A stretch of 64,000 nucleotides of DNA from Rhabdothermincola salaria (GTDB lineage: Bacteria; Actinomycetota; Acidimicrobiia; Acidimicrobiales; Acidimicrobilacustridaceae): NCBI RefSeq assembly GCF_021246445.1, contig NZ_JAJQXW010000004.1, positions 124,001 to 188,000 on the forward strand, in the 5' to 3' direction. The notes below the pieces were generated by a model. The model did not search any database. It was not told the DNA's origin and saw only the letters and a list, made by a program, of their open reading frames with translations. Shown one piece after another: positions 18,746-27,822 of this stretch. The stretch's first letter is position 1. Every line of letters starts with the position of its first letter. Both the position numbers and the translations under genes were made by a program.

Positions 18746-20214
18746 TGCGAGTCGTCGTCGTCGGCGCCGGCCTCGCCGGGCTGTCCGCCGCCTGCCACCT
18801 ACGAGGTGCCGGCCACGACGTCCTGGTCGTCGAACGCGATGCCGGACCAGGCGGACGGGCGCACGACCTGCGCCTCGAGGGCTACCGCTTCGACGCCGGC
18901 CCGACCGTGTTCACCATGCCCGAGCTGGTCGACGACTGCTTCCGGGCCCTGGGCGCCGAGCCCCGCGCCTACCTCGAGGTGCGCCCGGTCGATCCGCTCT
19001 ACCGGACGACGTTCGACGACGGCAGCGTGCTGCACGTCCGGGCCGGCCGAGAGGCCATGGCCGCCGAGATCGCCTCGGTGTGCGGCCCGGCCGAAGCCGC
19101 CGCCTTCCACCGCTTCGCCGATTGGCTGGGCGAGCTCTACGCGCTCGAGATGCCCAACTTCATCGACCGCAACTTCGACTCGCCGCTCGACCTGGCCTGG
19201 CCGCTCGGACCGGCCCTGCACCTGCTGCGCCTCGGCGGACTGCGCAAGCTCTCCACCAAGGTGGCGAGCTACTTCGCCGACGAACGGCTCCACAAGGTCT
19301 TCGGCTTCCAGAGCCTCTACGCGGGGCTGGCGCCCTACGAGGCCCTGGCCGTCTACTGCATCATCACCTACATGGACTCCATCGCCGGGGTGTACCACCC
19401 GGTGGGCGGGATGCAGGCCGTGCCGGCGTCCATGGCCCGAGCCCTCACCGACCACGGCGTCGAGTTCCGCTACGACACACCGATCGACCGCATCCTGCTG
19501 GCCGAGGGGACGTCGGGACGCGTCCTCGGCGTCCGCACGGACGACGGCGAGGTCATCGGCGCCGACGCGGTCGTGTGCAACCCCGACCTCCCCGTCGCCT
19601 ACCGCACCCTGCTGCCCGGCACCCCGATGCCCCGCGTGGCCCGTCGCGGCTCGTACTCGCCCTCGTGCCTCCTGTGGCACGTGGGCGTGAAGGGCCGCCC
19701 GGCCCCCGAGGTCGCCCACCACAACATCCACTTCGGCGGCGACTGGCACGGCGCCTTCCGGGCCCTGCTCCACGACGGCGTGCGCATGCCGGACCCGTCG
19801 TTGCTGGTCAGCGTGCCCACGGTCGACGAGCCGGGCATGGCCCCCGACGGCGACAGCGTCCTCTACGTCCTCGAGCCCTGCCCCAACCTCGACGGCCGCG
19901 TCGACTGGACCCGCGAGCGGGGACGGGCCCGCGACAGCCTGGCCCGGCGCATCGAGGAGCTGGGCTACCCCACCGACATCGTGGTGGAGCACTTCGTCGA
20001 CCCCCTCGACTGGGAACGCCAGGGCATGGAGCGCGGCACGCCGTTCGCGCTGGCCCACGACTTCTTCCAGAGCGGTCCGTTCCGGCCCAACAACGTGACC
20101 CGCCACGCACCGGGGTTGGTGTTCGCCGGTTCGGGTACCGTTCCGGGCGTGGGGGTCCCGATGGTGCTGGTGAGCGGCCGACTGGCGGCCGAGCGCGTGT
20201 CCCGCCTCTCGTGA
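18745..20214 (+). CDS. crtI: Phytoene desaturase
   Basis: VVVVGAGLAGL, FDAGPTV, C-terminal GSGTVPGVGVPMVLVSGRLAAER; TGATG coupling with crtE. Confidence 0.93.
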   Translation: MRVVVVGAGLAGLSAACHLRGAGHDVLVVERDAGPGGRAHDLRLEGYRFDAGPTVFTMPELVDDCFRALGAEPRAYLEVRPVDPLYRTTFDDGSVLHVRAGREAMAAEIASVCGPAEAAAFHRFADWLGELYALEMPNFIDRNFDSPLDLAWPLGPALHLLRLGGLRKLSTKVASYFADERLHKVFGFQSLYAGLAPYEALAVYCIITYMDSIAGVYHPVGGMQAVPASMARALTDHGVEFRYDTPIDRILLAEGTSGRVLGVRTDDGEVIGADAVVCNPDLPVAYRTLLPGTPMPRVARRGSYSPSCLLWHVGVKGRPAPEVAHHNIHFGGDWHGAFRALLHDGVRMPDPSLLVSVPTVDEPGMAPDGDSVLYVLEPCPNLDGRVDWTRERGRARDSLARRIEELGYPTDIVVEHFVDPLDWERQGMERGTPFALAHDFFQSGPFRPNNVTRHAPGLVFAGSGTVPGVGVPMVLVSGRLAAERVSRLS

Positions 20215-21086
20215 GCGGCCCGTCCGCACCGGTCACCCTCGAGCAGTCCTACGAGGAGTGCCGGCGGCTGAACCGGGCCTACGGCACCACCTACTACTGG
20301 GCCACCTACGCCCTGCCCCGAGTGAAGCGCCACCACGTGCACGCCCTGTACGGGTTCTGCCGCTTCGCCGACGAGATCGTCGACGATCCCGGCTTCGGCA
20401 CCGTCGCCCAGCGCGAGGCGGCGCTGGGCGACTTCTCGCGACGCTTCTTCGCCGACCTCGACGCCGGCCGCTCCGACGACCTGGTCCTCAAGGCCGTCAT
20501 CCACACGATCCGCGCCTTCGACCTCGACATCGACCTGTTCGAGCGGTTCCTGCGGTCCATGACGATGGACCTCACCGTCGAGACCTACGAGACCTGGGCC
20601 GACCTCGAGCTCTACGTCGACGGTTCGGCGGCCGTCATCGGCGAGATGATGATGCCGATCCTCGAACCGGTCGACGCCGAGCGGGCCCGAGCCGGCGCCC
20701 GTGCGCTCGGCATCGCCTTCCAGCTCACCAACTTCCTGCGCGACGTGGGCGAGGACCTCGACCGGGGACGCGTCTACATCCCCCAGGAGGACCTGCGACG
20801 CTTCGGGGCCGACCCCCACCGGCGCACGGTCGATGCCGCCTGGATCCACCTGATGCACTTCGAGATCGAGCGGTGCCACCAGCTCTACGCCGAGGCGGAC
20901 CGCGGCATCCGGGACCTGCCCGCGTCATCGGCCCGCGGCATCTGGGCGGCCCGCCGCCTCTATGCCGGCATCCTCGACGAGATCGCCGGCAACGCCTACG
21001 ACGTGTTCACCCAACGGGCCCGGGTGCCCGCGTGGGAGAAGGCCCGCGTCGTGGCCCTCAGCGCGCTCGGCCGCCCACCGAGCTGA
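20211..21086 (+). CDS. crtB: Phytoene synthase
   Basis: YGTTYYWAT, YGFCRFADEIVD, LGIAFQLTNFLRDVGED..RGRVYIP; GTGA coupling. Confidence 0.93.
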   Translation: MSGPSAPVTLEQSYEECRRLNRAYGTTYYWATYALPRVKRHHVHALYGFCRFADEIVDDPGFGTVAQREAALGDFSRRFFADLDAGRSDDLVLKAVIHTIRAFDLDIDLFERFLRSMTMDLTVETYETWADLELYVDGSAAVIGEMMMPILEPVDAERARAGARALGIAFQLTNFLRDVGEDLDRGRVYIPQEDLRRFGADPHRRTVDAAWIHLMHFEIERCHQLYAEADRGIRDLPASSARGIWAARRLYAGILDEIAGNAYDVFTQRARVPAWEKARVVALSALGRPPS

Positions 21087-21136
21087 CGCGGCCGGCGGCG
21101 GCGCCCACGGCCCTCGGCCCCGCTACCGTCGCCGCC

Positions 21137-21604
21137 ATGGCCAGCATCGCGACCAACCGCTCCGTCGACCGGGACGGGCTCGACGAGTTCGTCCGCCCCC
21201 GGCACAAGGGCGTGCTGCTGACCCGACGACACGACGGCTGGCCGCAGGCCTCACTGGTGACGGTGGGCCTGGCGGCCGACGGCGACCTGGTGGTGTCGAG
21301 CTACCCGGAGCGGGCCAAGGTGCACAACGTCGAGCGCGACGCCCGGGCCTCGATGGTGGTCATGTCCGACGACTTCGGCGGCGAGTGGGTGCAGGTCGAC
21401 GCGTCGGCCCGGGTGGTCCACCTGCCCGAGGCGGTCGACGACCTCGTCGAGTACTACCGGTGCATCAGTGGCGAGCACCCCGACTGGGACGAGTACCGCG
21501 AGGCCATGGTGCGCCAGGGCAAGTGCCTCATCCGCCTCACGCCCGAGCGCTGGGGCCCCATCGCCAAGGGCGGCTTCCCTGCCCGCCTCGTCGCCGACGA
21601 CTGA
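21137..21604 (+). CDS. PPOX-class F420-dependent oxidoreductase
   Basis: T.R.DG.PQ.S, RAKVHN, YYRCISGEHPDWDEYREAMVRQGKCLIR. Confidence 0.85.
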   Translation: MASIATNRSVDRDGLDEFVRPRHKGVLLTRRHDGWPQASLVTVGLAADGDLVVSSYPERAKVHNVERDARASMVVMSDDFGGEWVQVDASARVVHLPEAVDDLVEYYRCISGEHPDWDEYREAMVRQGKCLIRLTPERWGPIAKGGFPARLVADD

Positions 21605-21690
21605 CGATGGCGGACGGACCAGCCGCCACGCCTCGCCAGCGGTGGTTCGGCCATGCTGGGGGCGTCGGGACGTGTGAGAGGGGAAGCAAC

Positions 21691-22005
21691 GTGACACCGA
21701 CCCGTTGGCGATCAGCCCGGTGGGACCGGATGCCCGTGGGCCGCAAGATCCTGCTCATGGCCTTCGTGGCCGTGCGGATCTCACTCACGGTCAGCGCCCT
21801 CGTCGATCTGGCGGATCGTCCCGCCGAGTCGGTGCGGGGCAAGAAGCGCACCTGGGCCCTCGCCATCGTGGGCGTCGACATCATCGGCCCCCTCGCCTAC
21901 TACTGGCGGGGCCGATCGGCGGATCCGACGACGGGACCGCCCGCCCCCGACCCGGTCGATCCCACGGCTACAGCAGGGCGCGCTGGCGAGCCCATTCGAG
22001 GGTGA
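21691..22005 (+). CDS. Small membrane protein with PLDc N-terminal-like domain
   Basis: ALVDLADRP..VRG.KR.W....VDIIGPLAYY pattern; overlaps the fni end by 38 bp. Confidence 0.65.
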   Translation: MTPTRWRSARWDRMPVGRKILLMAFVAVRISLTVSALVDLADRPAESVRGKKRTWALAIVGVDIIGPLAYYWRGRSADPTTGPPAPDPVDPTATAGRAGEPIRG

Positions 22006-23095
22006 AGCCCGACAGCACCGGCGATCCGAGCTGGCCGGCAGCGGACGCACCAGCCAGCACCAGGGCGGCTCGCAGCTCGTCGAGGAACCCCTCGAGGTAG
22101 CGCACCAGGGCGGCCGTGCCCCGCTGGGCGGCTTCCACGGCGGGACGTCCCACGCCCACCAGGGTGGCGCCGAGCGCCAGGGCGCGGGCGGCGTCGAGAC
22201 CGCTGCGCACCCCTCCGGTGGCGATGACGGGCACCCCGAGCGTCCGGGTCTCGAGCACCGAGGCCGCGGTAGGGATGCCCCAGTCGGCGAACACCTCCCC
22301 GAGACGGGCGGCGTGCTCGTCGCCGAGGGCGGCGGCCCGATCCCGCTCGATCCGGGCGAAGCTGGTCCCGCCCAGGCCACCGACGTCGAGGGCGGCCACT
22401 CCCGAGGCCACCAGCGCCGTGGCGCCTTGGCGGTCCATGCCGGCACCGGTCTCCTTGGCCACGACCGGGACCGGGCTGGCGGCCACGGCTCCGGCCACCC
22501 CTTCGAGCAGACCGGTGAAGGATCGGTCGCCCTCGGGCTGGACCAGCTCTTGCACCACGTTGAGGTGCACGGCGAGCGCATCGGCTCCCACCATCTCCAC
22601 GGCCCGGGCCAGGTCGGCGGGCGTGAGGCCGGGCGTGCCGTCCTGGTCGATGAGCTGGCAGGCCCCCACGTTGCCGAGCACGAACGCGTCGGGGGCATGG
22701 CGCCGGACAGCGGCGAAGGAGTCGCGGACCGAGGCGTCGATGAGGGCCACCCGCTGCGACCCCACGCCCACGGCCAGCCCCAGCTCGGCGGCCGCCTCCC
22801 CGAGGGTGGCGTTGAGGTGGCCGGCATCGGGGAAGCCACCGGTCATCCCGGCGATCATCACCGGGGCCCGGAGGGTGGCCCCGAGGAAGGACGTGCGGAG
22901 GTCGACCTCGGCGACCGAACAGCCCGGGAGCACCCGGGGAACCAGGTGGACGTCGCCCCACCCGGCGTCGCGGGCGTGCTGGGAGGCGCCGTCCAGCACC
23001 AGCTCGAGGTGCTGGCGCTTGCGATCCTTGGCCGTCGCCGCACCCTGGGCACCGACCCGCGTGCCCGCTCGCGCGACGCCGTCCCCGTCGGTCAC
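21968..23095 (-). CDS. fni: Type 2 (FMN-dependent) isopentenyl-diphosphate isomerase
   Basis: RKRQHL, AGMTGG, GSQR, HLNVVQELVQPEGD, KETGAG, GGTSF, ATGGVRSGLD; start uncertain. Confidence 0.92.
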   Translation of the reverse strand: MTDGDGVARAGTRVGAQGAATAKDRKRQHLELVLDGASQHARDAGWGDVHLVPRVLPGCSVAEVDLRTSFLGATLRAPVMIAGMTGGFPDAGHLNATLGEAAAELGLAVGVGSQRVALIDASVRDSFAAVRRHAPDAFVLGNVGACQLIDQDGTPGLTPADLARAVEMVGADALAVHLNVVQELVQPEGDRSFTGLLEGVAGAVAASPVPVVAKETGAGMDRQGATALVASGVAALDVGGLGGTSFARIERDRAAALGDEHAARLGEVFADWGIPTAASVLETRTLGVPVIATGGVRSGLDAARALALGATLVGVGRPAVEAAQRGTAALVRYLEGFLDELRAALVLAGASAAGQLGSPVLSGFTLEWARQRALL

Positions 23096-23190
23096 GAGGG
23101 ACCCCTCGGCGGCCTCATGGCTCCAGACCTTCGCGGATGCCCCGCGCCGATGTCGGGTCGGGGGCCCGATCGGGCCGCGACAATGGCGAG

Positions 23191-23556
23191 GTGGACTACC
23201 TGCGGATCTGGGCCGACGAGGACGGCGAGTCGCACCTCGAGGAGGTGACGCTCGAACGCCGGGTGCACCCGGCCGAGCCGGGGGTGGCCGAGCTCTGGCA
23301 GTCGGCGGCACTGCCCGTGTCGGCCCTCCACGTGGTGACGGTGAAGGCCGCCGAGCAGCGTCCCGACTGGCACTGCGGGCCCCGGCGACAGTTCGTGGTC
23401 TTCCGCGACGGCTCGACCCGCATCGCCACCAGCGACGGCGACGAGCGCCGGTTGGCGGCGGGCAGCCTGGTGCTGGTGGAGGACCTCCACGGGCGGGGGC
23501 ACCTCACCGAGCACGAGTCCGGCGATCGCCGGGTGCTCGTCATCCCCACCGCGTGA
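23191..23556 (+). CDS. Cupin-like protein
   Basis: RIWADEDGESH, DWHCGPRRQFV, LVEDLHGRGH. Confidence 0.7.
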   Translation: MDYLRIWADEDGESHLEEVTLERRVHPAEPGVAELWQSAALPVSALHVVTVKAAEQRPDWHCGPRRQFVVFRDGSTRIATSDGDERRLAAGSLVLVEDLHGRGHLTEHESGDRRVLVIPTA

Positions 23557-23593
23557 GGGGCAGGACGGGGACCGGCGCAGCTCCGCCGACCGA

Positions 23594-24283
23594 CTAGAAG
23601 CCCAGGCCGGACTTGGTGCCCGCGCCCCGCTCCACGCCCTCGGAGGGCTGCACCATCACCCAGCCCTCGCCGCTGAACGCCATCTGGAACGTCTCACCGG
23701 AGGACTTGCCGATGAGGGTCTTGAGGTTCACGTCGCTCTTGAGGCTCATCTGCACGCCGTTGGTCCACATCACCACCGCCTGGGGGTCGACGAAGGTGGG
23801 GGCGCTGGCCACGTCGAGCACCACCGGGGGCCCGTCGGAGGTGATGGCCACGTAGCCGGTGCCGGTGAGCACCACGTTGTAGCGACCGCCGGCCATGGCG
23901 CCCGTGCCGCCGATGGCCTTGATGTCGTAGCCGATGGAGCCGCTGAAGGCGAGGACGCTGGAGCCGTTGCACCAGATGCTGTCGTTCTCGAGGTAGATGA
24001 TCTGGATCTCGGCCGCCTGGTCGGCCAGGAACACCTCGCCGGAACCGGTGACGTCCATGATGGGGACGCCTTCCCTGGTGACCTTCTGCTTGAGGTAGCC
24101 GCTCATCCCCCCGGAGCCGGCGTGCCCGAAGGAGGCATCGCCCTGGTAGGCGACCATGGAGCCGATGCGGGCCTTCACCGGTCCGTACTGCAGGAACACC
24201 TTGAGCAGCTTCTTGTTCTGCAGGGTGAAGGGGTCGGCCCCCGTCGTCTCCTTGAACTCGGTGAAGTCGGCATGGATCGCCAC
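23594..24283 (-). CDS. AIM24 family protein
   Basis: GSMVAYQGD, G.GEVFLAD, FVDPQAVV.W, F.G.G.V.VQPSE. Confidence 0.85.
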   Translation of the reverse strand: MAIHADFTEFKETTGADPFTLQNKKLLKVFLQYGPVKARIGSMVAYQGDASFGHAGSGGMSGYLKQKVTREGVPIMDVTGSGEVFLADQAAEIQIIYLENDSIWCNGSSVLAFSGSIGYDIKAIGGTGAMAGGRYNVVLTGTGYVAITSDGPPVVLDVASAPTFVDPQAVVMWTNGVQMSLKSDVNLKTLIGKSSGETFQMAFSGEGWVMVQPSEGVERGAGTKSGLGF

Positions 24284-24406
24284 GGTGCATCCTCACTTGT
24301 GGTGTTCGGAGGCGGTGGAGCCCACCACCTCGGCCAACACTAGGTCGCGCCGGCCACCGCATCTCCGTGCCGAGCACCGGGCCGGCGTCCACCAACATGG
24401 CGGGCC

Positions 24407-25237
24407 ATGGCCCGCACCCCTCTCGTCCTGCTCCCCCCGTCCGAAGGCAAGGCGGCCGGAGGTTCCGGCCGCCCCTGGGCCCCCGGCTCGACGTCCTTCC
24501 CCGAGCTCGACGACGCCCGTCGCCAGCTGATCGCGGCCCTCGCCACCGCCATGGATCGACCCGAGCCGGCGCGCCGCAAGCTCCTCGGGGTGAAGGGCGC
24601 GGCGCTGGAGGCAGCCACGGGAGCGAACCGCGCCGTGGCCGCCGCCCCCACCCGCCCCGCCATCGAGCGCTACACCGGGGTGCTCTACGACGCCCTCGAC
24701 GCCGGGTCGCTGCCCGCCCGCGAACGGCGCCGCCTCCGAGAGCAGGTGGTGGTCTTCTCGGGGCTGTGGGGCCTGGTGCAGCCGGGCGACGCCATCGCCG
24801 ACTACAAGCTCAAGATGGGCGCCGTGCTGCCCCCGTTCGGGCGCCTGTCGACGTGGTGGCGGCCGGCCGTCACCGAGGCGCTGGCGCCCCGGGTCGACGG
24901 CCGGGTGGTCTGGGACCTGCTCCCCCAGGAGCATCGGGCCGCCTGGGCACCCACGACGGCGCAGTCGGATGGTGCCCCCCGTACGGTCATCACCGTGCGG
25001 TTCCTCGACGAGACGTCCCCACCAGGGGCCGAGGGCGCCGACCGCGCCTTCACCACCGTCAACCACTGGAACAAGCTGCTCAAAGGGGCGCTCGTCCGCC
25101 ACGTGCTCACCCACCAGCTGCGCGATCCCGACGGCCTGGCCCGGTTCACCCACCCGGAGGGCTACGTCTACGACCCGTCGCTCACCGAGGACGCCGCCGG
25201 GCACCTGGCCGTGGCCCTGGTCCGTCCGGCTCGCTGA
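24407..25237 (+). CDS. yaaA: Peroxide stress protein YaaA family
   Basis: LLPPSEGK, PAIERYTGVLYDAL, SGLWG, YKLKM, NKLLKG. Confidence 0.85.
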   Translation: MARTPLVLLPPSEGKAAGGSGRPWAPGSTSFPELDDARRQLIAALATAMDRPEPARRKLLGVKGAALEAATGANRAVAAAPTRPAIERYTGVLYDALDAGSLPARERRRLREQVVVFSGLWGLVQPGDAIADYKLKMGAVLPPFGRLSTWWRPAVTEALAPRVDGRVVWDLLPQEHRAAWAPTTAQSDGAPRTVITVRFLDETSPPGAEGADRAFTTVNHWNKLLKGALVRHVLTHQLRDPDGLARFTHPEGYVYDPSLTEDAAGHLAVALVRPAR

Positions 25238-25304
25238 CCCCCGCCGGACCGGACGGTCGGAAACGACCCCTGGGGCACGCCGACGCCGGTGGCACACTCG
25301 AGGC

Positions 25305-25850
25305 ATGGCCCGCCTCCACGATGCGATCGACCAGACCCTGCGCGACTGGATCGCCGCCCAACACGTCTTCTTCGTCGCCACCGCGCCGAGCGGGCCCGAC
25401 GGGCACGTGAACCTGAGCCCCAAGGGCTACGACACCTTCCGGGTGCTCGACGACCACACCGTGGCCTACCTCGACCTCACCGGGAGCGGCGTGGAGACCA
25501 TCGCCCACCTGCGCGACAACGCCCGCATCACGTTCATGTTCTGCGCCTTCGAGGGCAAGCCCCAGATCCTGCGCCTGTTCGGACGGGGCGAGGCGGTGCT
25601 CCCCGAGGACGGCCGCTTCGCGGACCTGGCCGCCGCGTTCCCCGCCGTCCCCGGAGTGCGGGCCGTCGTGCGCTGCGAGGTGGACCGGGTGCAGACCTCC
25701 TGCGGCTTCGCCGTGCCGTTCATGGCCTACGAATCCGAGCGGGAGACCCTGAGCGACTGGGCGGCGCGCAAGGGCCCGGACGGCATCGACACCTACCAGG
25801 CCGACAAGAACGCCCGGAGCATCGACGGCCTGCCCGGCATGGTGCCCTGA
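25305..25850 (+). CDS. Pyridoxamine 5'-phosphate oxidase-like FMN-binding protein
   Basis: FFVATAP, NLSPKG, YLDLTGSGVETIAH, TSCGFAVP. Confidence 0.85.
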   Translation: MARLHDAIDQTLRDWIAAQHVFFVATAPSGPDGHVNLSPKGYDTFRVLDDHTVAYLDLTGSGVETIAHLRDNARITFMFCAFEGKPQILRLFGRGEAVLPEDGRFADLAAAFPAVPGVRAVVRCEVDRVQTSCGFAVPFMAYESERETLSDWAARKGPDGIDTYQADKNARSIDGLPGMVP

Positions 25851-25857
25851 GCCACCC

Positions 25858-26145
25858 TCAGGTGCGCAGCATGCGCTCGATGGCCTGCATGGCCTCGTCG
25901 AGCTTGGCGTCGCCCTCGTCGGGCCCCTCGGCGGCGGCGGCCATCACGCAGTGACGGAGGTGCTCGTCGAGCAGACCGAGCCCCACCCCTTGGAGGGCTT
26001 TGGTGACCGACGCGATCTGGGTGAGCACGTCGATGCAGTACTTGTCGTCCTCGATCATGCTCTGCAGGCCCCGGACCTGGCCCTCGATGCGGCGCAGGCG
26101 CGCCAGGTGCTGGTCCTTGGTGAGCGTGTAGCCGCGGGTCGCCAT
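25858..26145 (-). CDS. csoR: CsoR-family copper-sensing repressor
   Basis: RLRRIEGQVRG, YCIDVLTQ, HLRHC (Cys-His-Cys ligands); divergent from copZ. Confidence 0.9.
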   Translation of the reverse strand: MATRGYTLTKDQHLARLRRIEGQVRGLQSMIEDDKYCIDVLTQIASVTKALQGVGLGLLDEHLRHCVMAAAAEGPDEGDAKLDEAMQAIERMLRT

Positions 26146-26165
26146 GGCCACCATCGTAGCGCCTT

Positions 26166-26238
26166 GTAGGGTGGGGGGGTATGGTTTCGGTGAGGGCCGC
26201 CGGCCGACGGCGACCCCACCCCACCCCTCGGGAGGTAC
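26166..26238. promoter_or_regulatory. Putative CsoR operator region (G/C-tract pseudo-palindromes)
   Basis: GTAGGGTGGGGGGGTAT (26166-26182) and CACCCCACCCCTCGGGAGGTAC between csoR and copZ resemble actinobacterial TAC/C-tract...G-tract/GTA CsoR sites. Confidence 0.5.
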
Positions 26239-26241
26239 CCC

Positions 26242-26448
26242 ATGACGACCCGAACCTACGACGTGCCCGGGATCTCGTGCGGCCACTGCAAGACGGCGAT
26301 CGAGACCGAAGTGGGCCAGCTCACCACCGTCACCACCGTCGACGTCGACATCGACGCCAAGTCCGTGCGGGTCGAAGGTGAGGCCACCGAGGCCGAGGTG
26401 ACCGCCGCCATCGACGAGGCCGGCTACGACGTCGCCGCGGTGAGCTGA
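26242..26448 (+). CDS. copZ: CopZ-like copper chaperone (HMA domain)
   Basis: GISCGHC, AIDEAGY; SD GGAGG. Confidence 0.92.
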   Translation: MTTRTYDVPGISCGHCKTAIETEVGQLTTVTTVDVDIDAKSVRVEGEATEAEVTAAIDEAGYDVAAVS

Positions 26449-27623
26449 GCCTCGACCCCGGGTCGAGCTGCCTCGGCGGCGCCGTCGCCGTCGGCCGGCC
26501 AGCGCCGGTACGACCATCCCGGGCCCCGCAGCACCGTGGAGAGGCGGTCCCGCCACGTCGTCGATCGAGCGACGTCGCCCAGCAACGCGGCGTGCTCGTG
26601 GGTGGCGATGCGCAGTGGGTCGAAGGTGGTGATGTTGCGGGTGAGGCCGTAGACGACTGGCTCGTCCTCGCGCTGGAAGGTACCGAAGAGGCGGTCCCAG
26701 ACGATCAGGATGCTGCCGTGGTTGCGGTCGAGGTAGCGGGCGTTGCTGCCGTGGTGCACCCGGTGGTGTGACGGGGTGTTGAGCACCTCCTCGGCCCCGC
26801 CGAGGCGGTCGATGACCTCGGTGTGGATCCAGTACTGGTAGAGCAGGTTGACCTGTCGGGCCAGCTCGACCAGGCCGGGCCGGAAGCCGGCCATGGAGAG
26901 CAGGCCGTAGGGGACGAAGCTGCCGAAGTTCTCGGCCACGGGTTGGCGCAGCGCGGTGGAGAGGTTGTAGCGCTCGCTCGAGTGGTGCACGACGTGGATG
27001 GCCCACAGCCACCGGCTCTCGTGCATGAGCCGGTGGTTCCAGTAGTAGACGAAGTCCCAGGCCAGCACGGCGCCGAGCGTCGCCGCCACGCCGGTGCCGA
27101 GGTCGCGGCGGTGCCCCGAGCGGGCCCAGAGCCGGCGGGCCCCCGTCTGGGTCGCCCACGCCGTGCTGCCGGCCACGATGCCACCGGCCACCGCCACCAC
27201 CCCCGACGAGGAGGCGACCCGTCGGGCCGCCCGCCGCCACCAGCGCCCGCCGGGCGGAGCGCCTTCGCCCGCGCCGAACGGGGCCGGGGCACCGCTCCCG
27301 GTCGCCGGCCCGCTGGCCGCGGGCGAGCGACGGTCGGCCCGGGCCACGGCGTCGGCGAGGGTGGTCACCGCGGCCGCACCCACCGTGAGGCCCACCAGGA
27401 CCCTGGCGTGGCGACCTCGGCCCGGGGTCACGGGGGCCAGCAGGCGGGACATGGCGAGCGGGACGACCAGGCTGCCCACCCCCATCGACAGGCTGGCGAG
27501 GGTGTCGCGGGCCTCGTAGCCGAGGAGCCGGTCGTCACCTCGTGCCGCCCGCCGCCGCACCGCGGCGTGCTCGAGGCCCATGGTGGCGAAGAAGCCGGGG
27601 ATGGCGGCGACGGTGAGGTCCAC
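26424..27623 (-). CDS. Fatty acid hydroxylase/sterol desaturase family, alkylglycerol monooxygenase-like
   Basis: YYWNHRLMHE, HVVHHSSERYNLSTALRQ, YQYWIH, NTPSHHRVHHG, WDRLFGTF. Confidence 0.85.
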   Translation of the reverse strand: MDLTVAAIPGFFATMGLEHAAVRRRAARGDDRLLGYEARDTLASLSMGVGSLVVPLAMSRLLAPVTPGRGRHARVLVGLTVGAAAVTTLADAVARADRRSPAASGPATGSGAPAPFGAGEGAPPGGRWWRRAARRVASSSGVVAVAGGIVAGSTAWATQTGARRLWARSGHRRDLGTGVAATLGAVLAWDFVYYWNHRLMHESRWLWAIHVVHHSSERYNLSTALRQPVAENFGSFVPYGLLSMAGFRPGLVELARQVNLLYQYWIHTEVIDRLGGAEEVLNTPSHHRVHHGSNARYLDRNHGSILIVWDRLFGTFQREDEPVVYGLTRNITTFDPLRIATHEHAALLGDVARSTTWRDRLSTVLRGPGWSYRRWPADGDGAAEAARPGVEAQLTAATS

Positions 27624-27822
27624 GGCAGCCCTTTCTCGACGAACCGACCGGCGGGGAGCACCCGAGGGCGGTGACGACCCTCCCGGTCCGTGACGGCGTC
27701 ACCGTACCGCCGCCGATGGCCCCCGCACCGGCCACCCCCCCCCCGCCGACGAGAGCGTCGGCGGCGGGGCCAGCCGTAGTGTGCTGCTCCAGTGCCCGCG
27801 CCGGGAGGGGGAGCCGTCCGGG

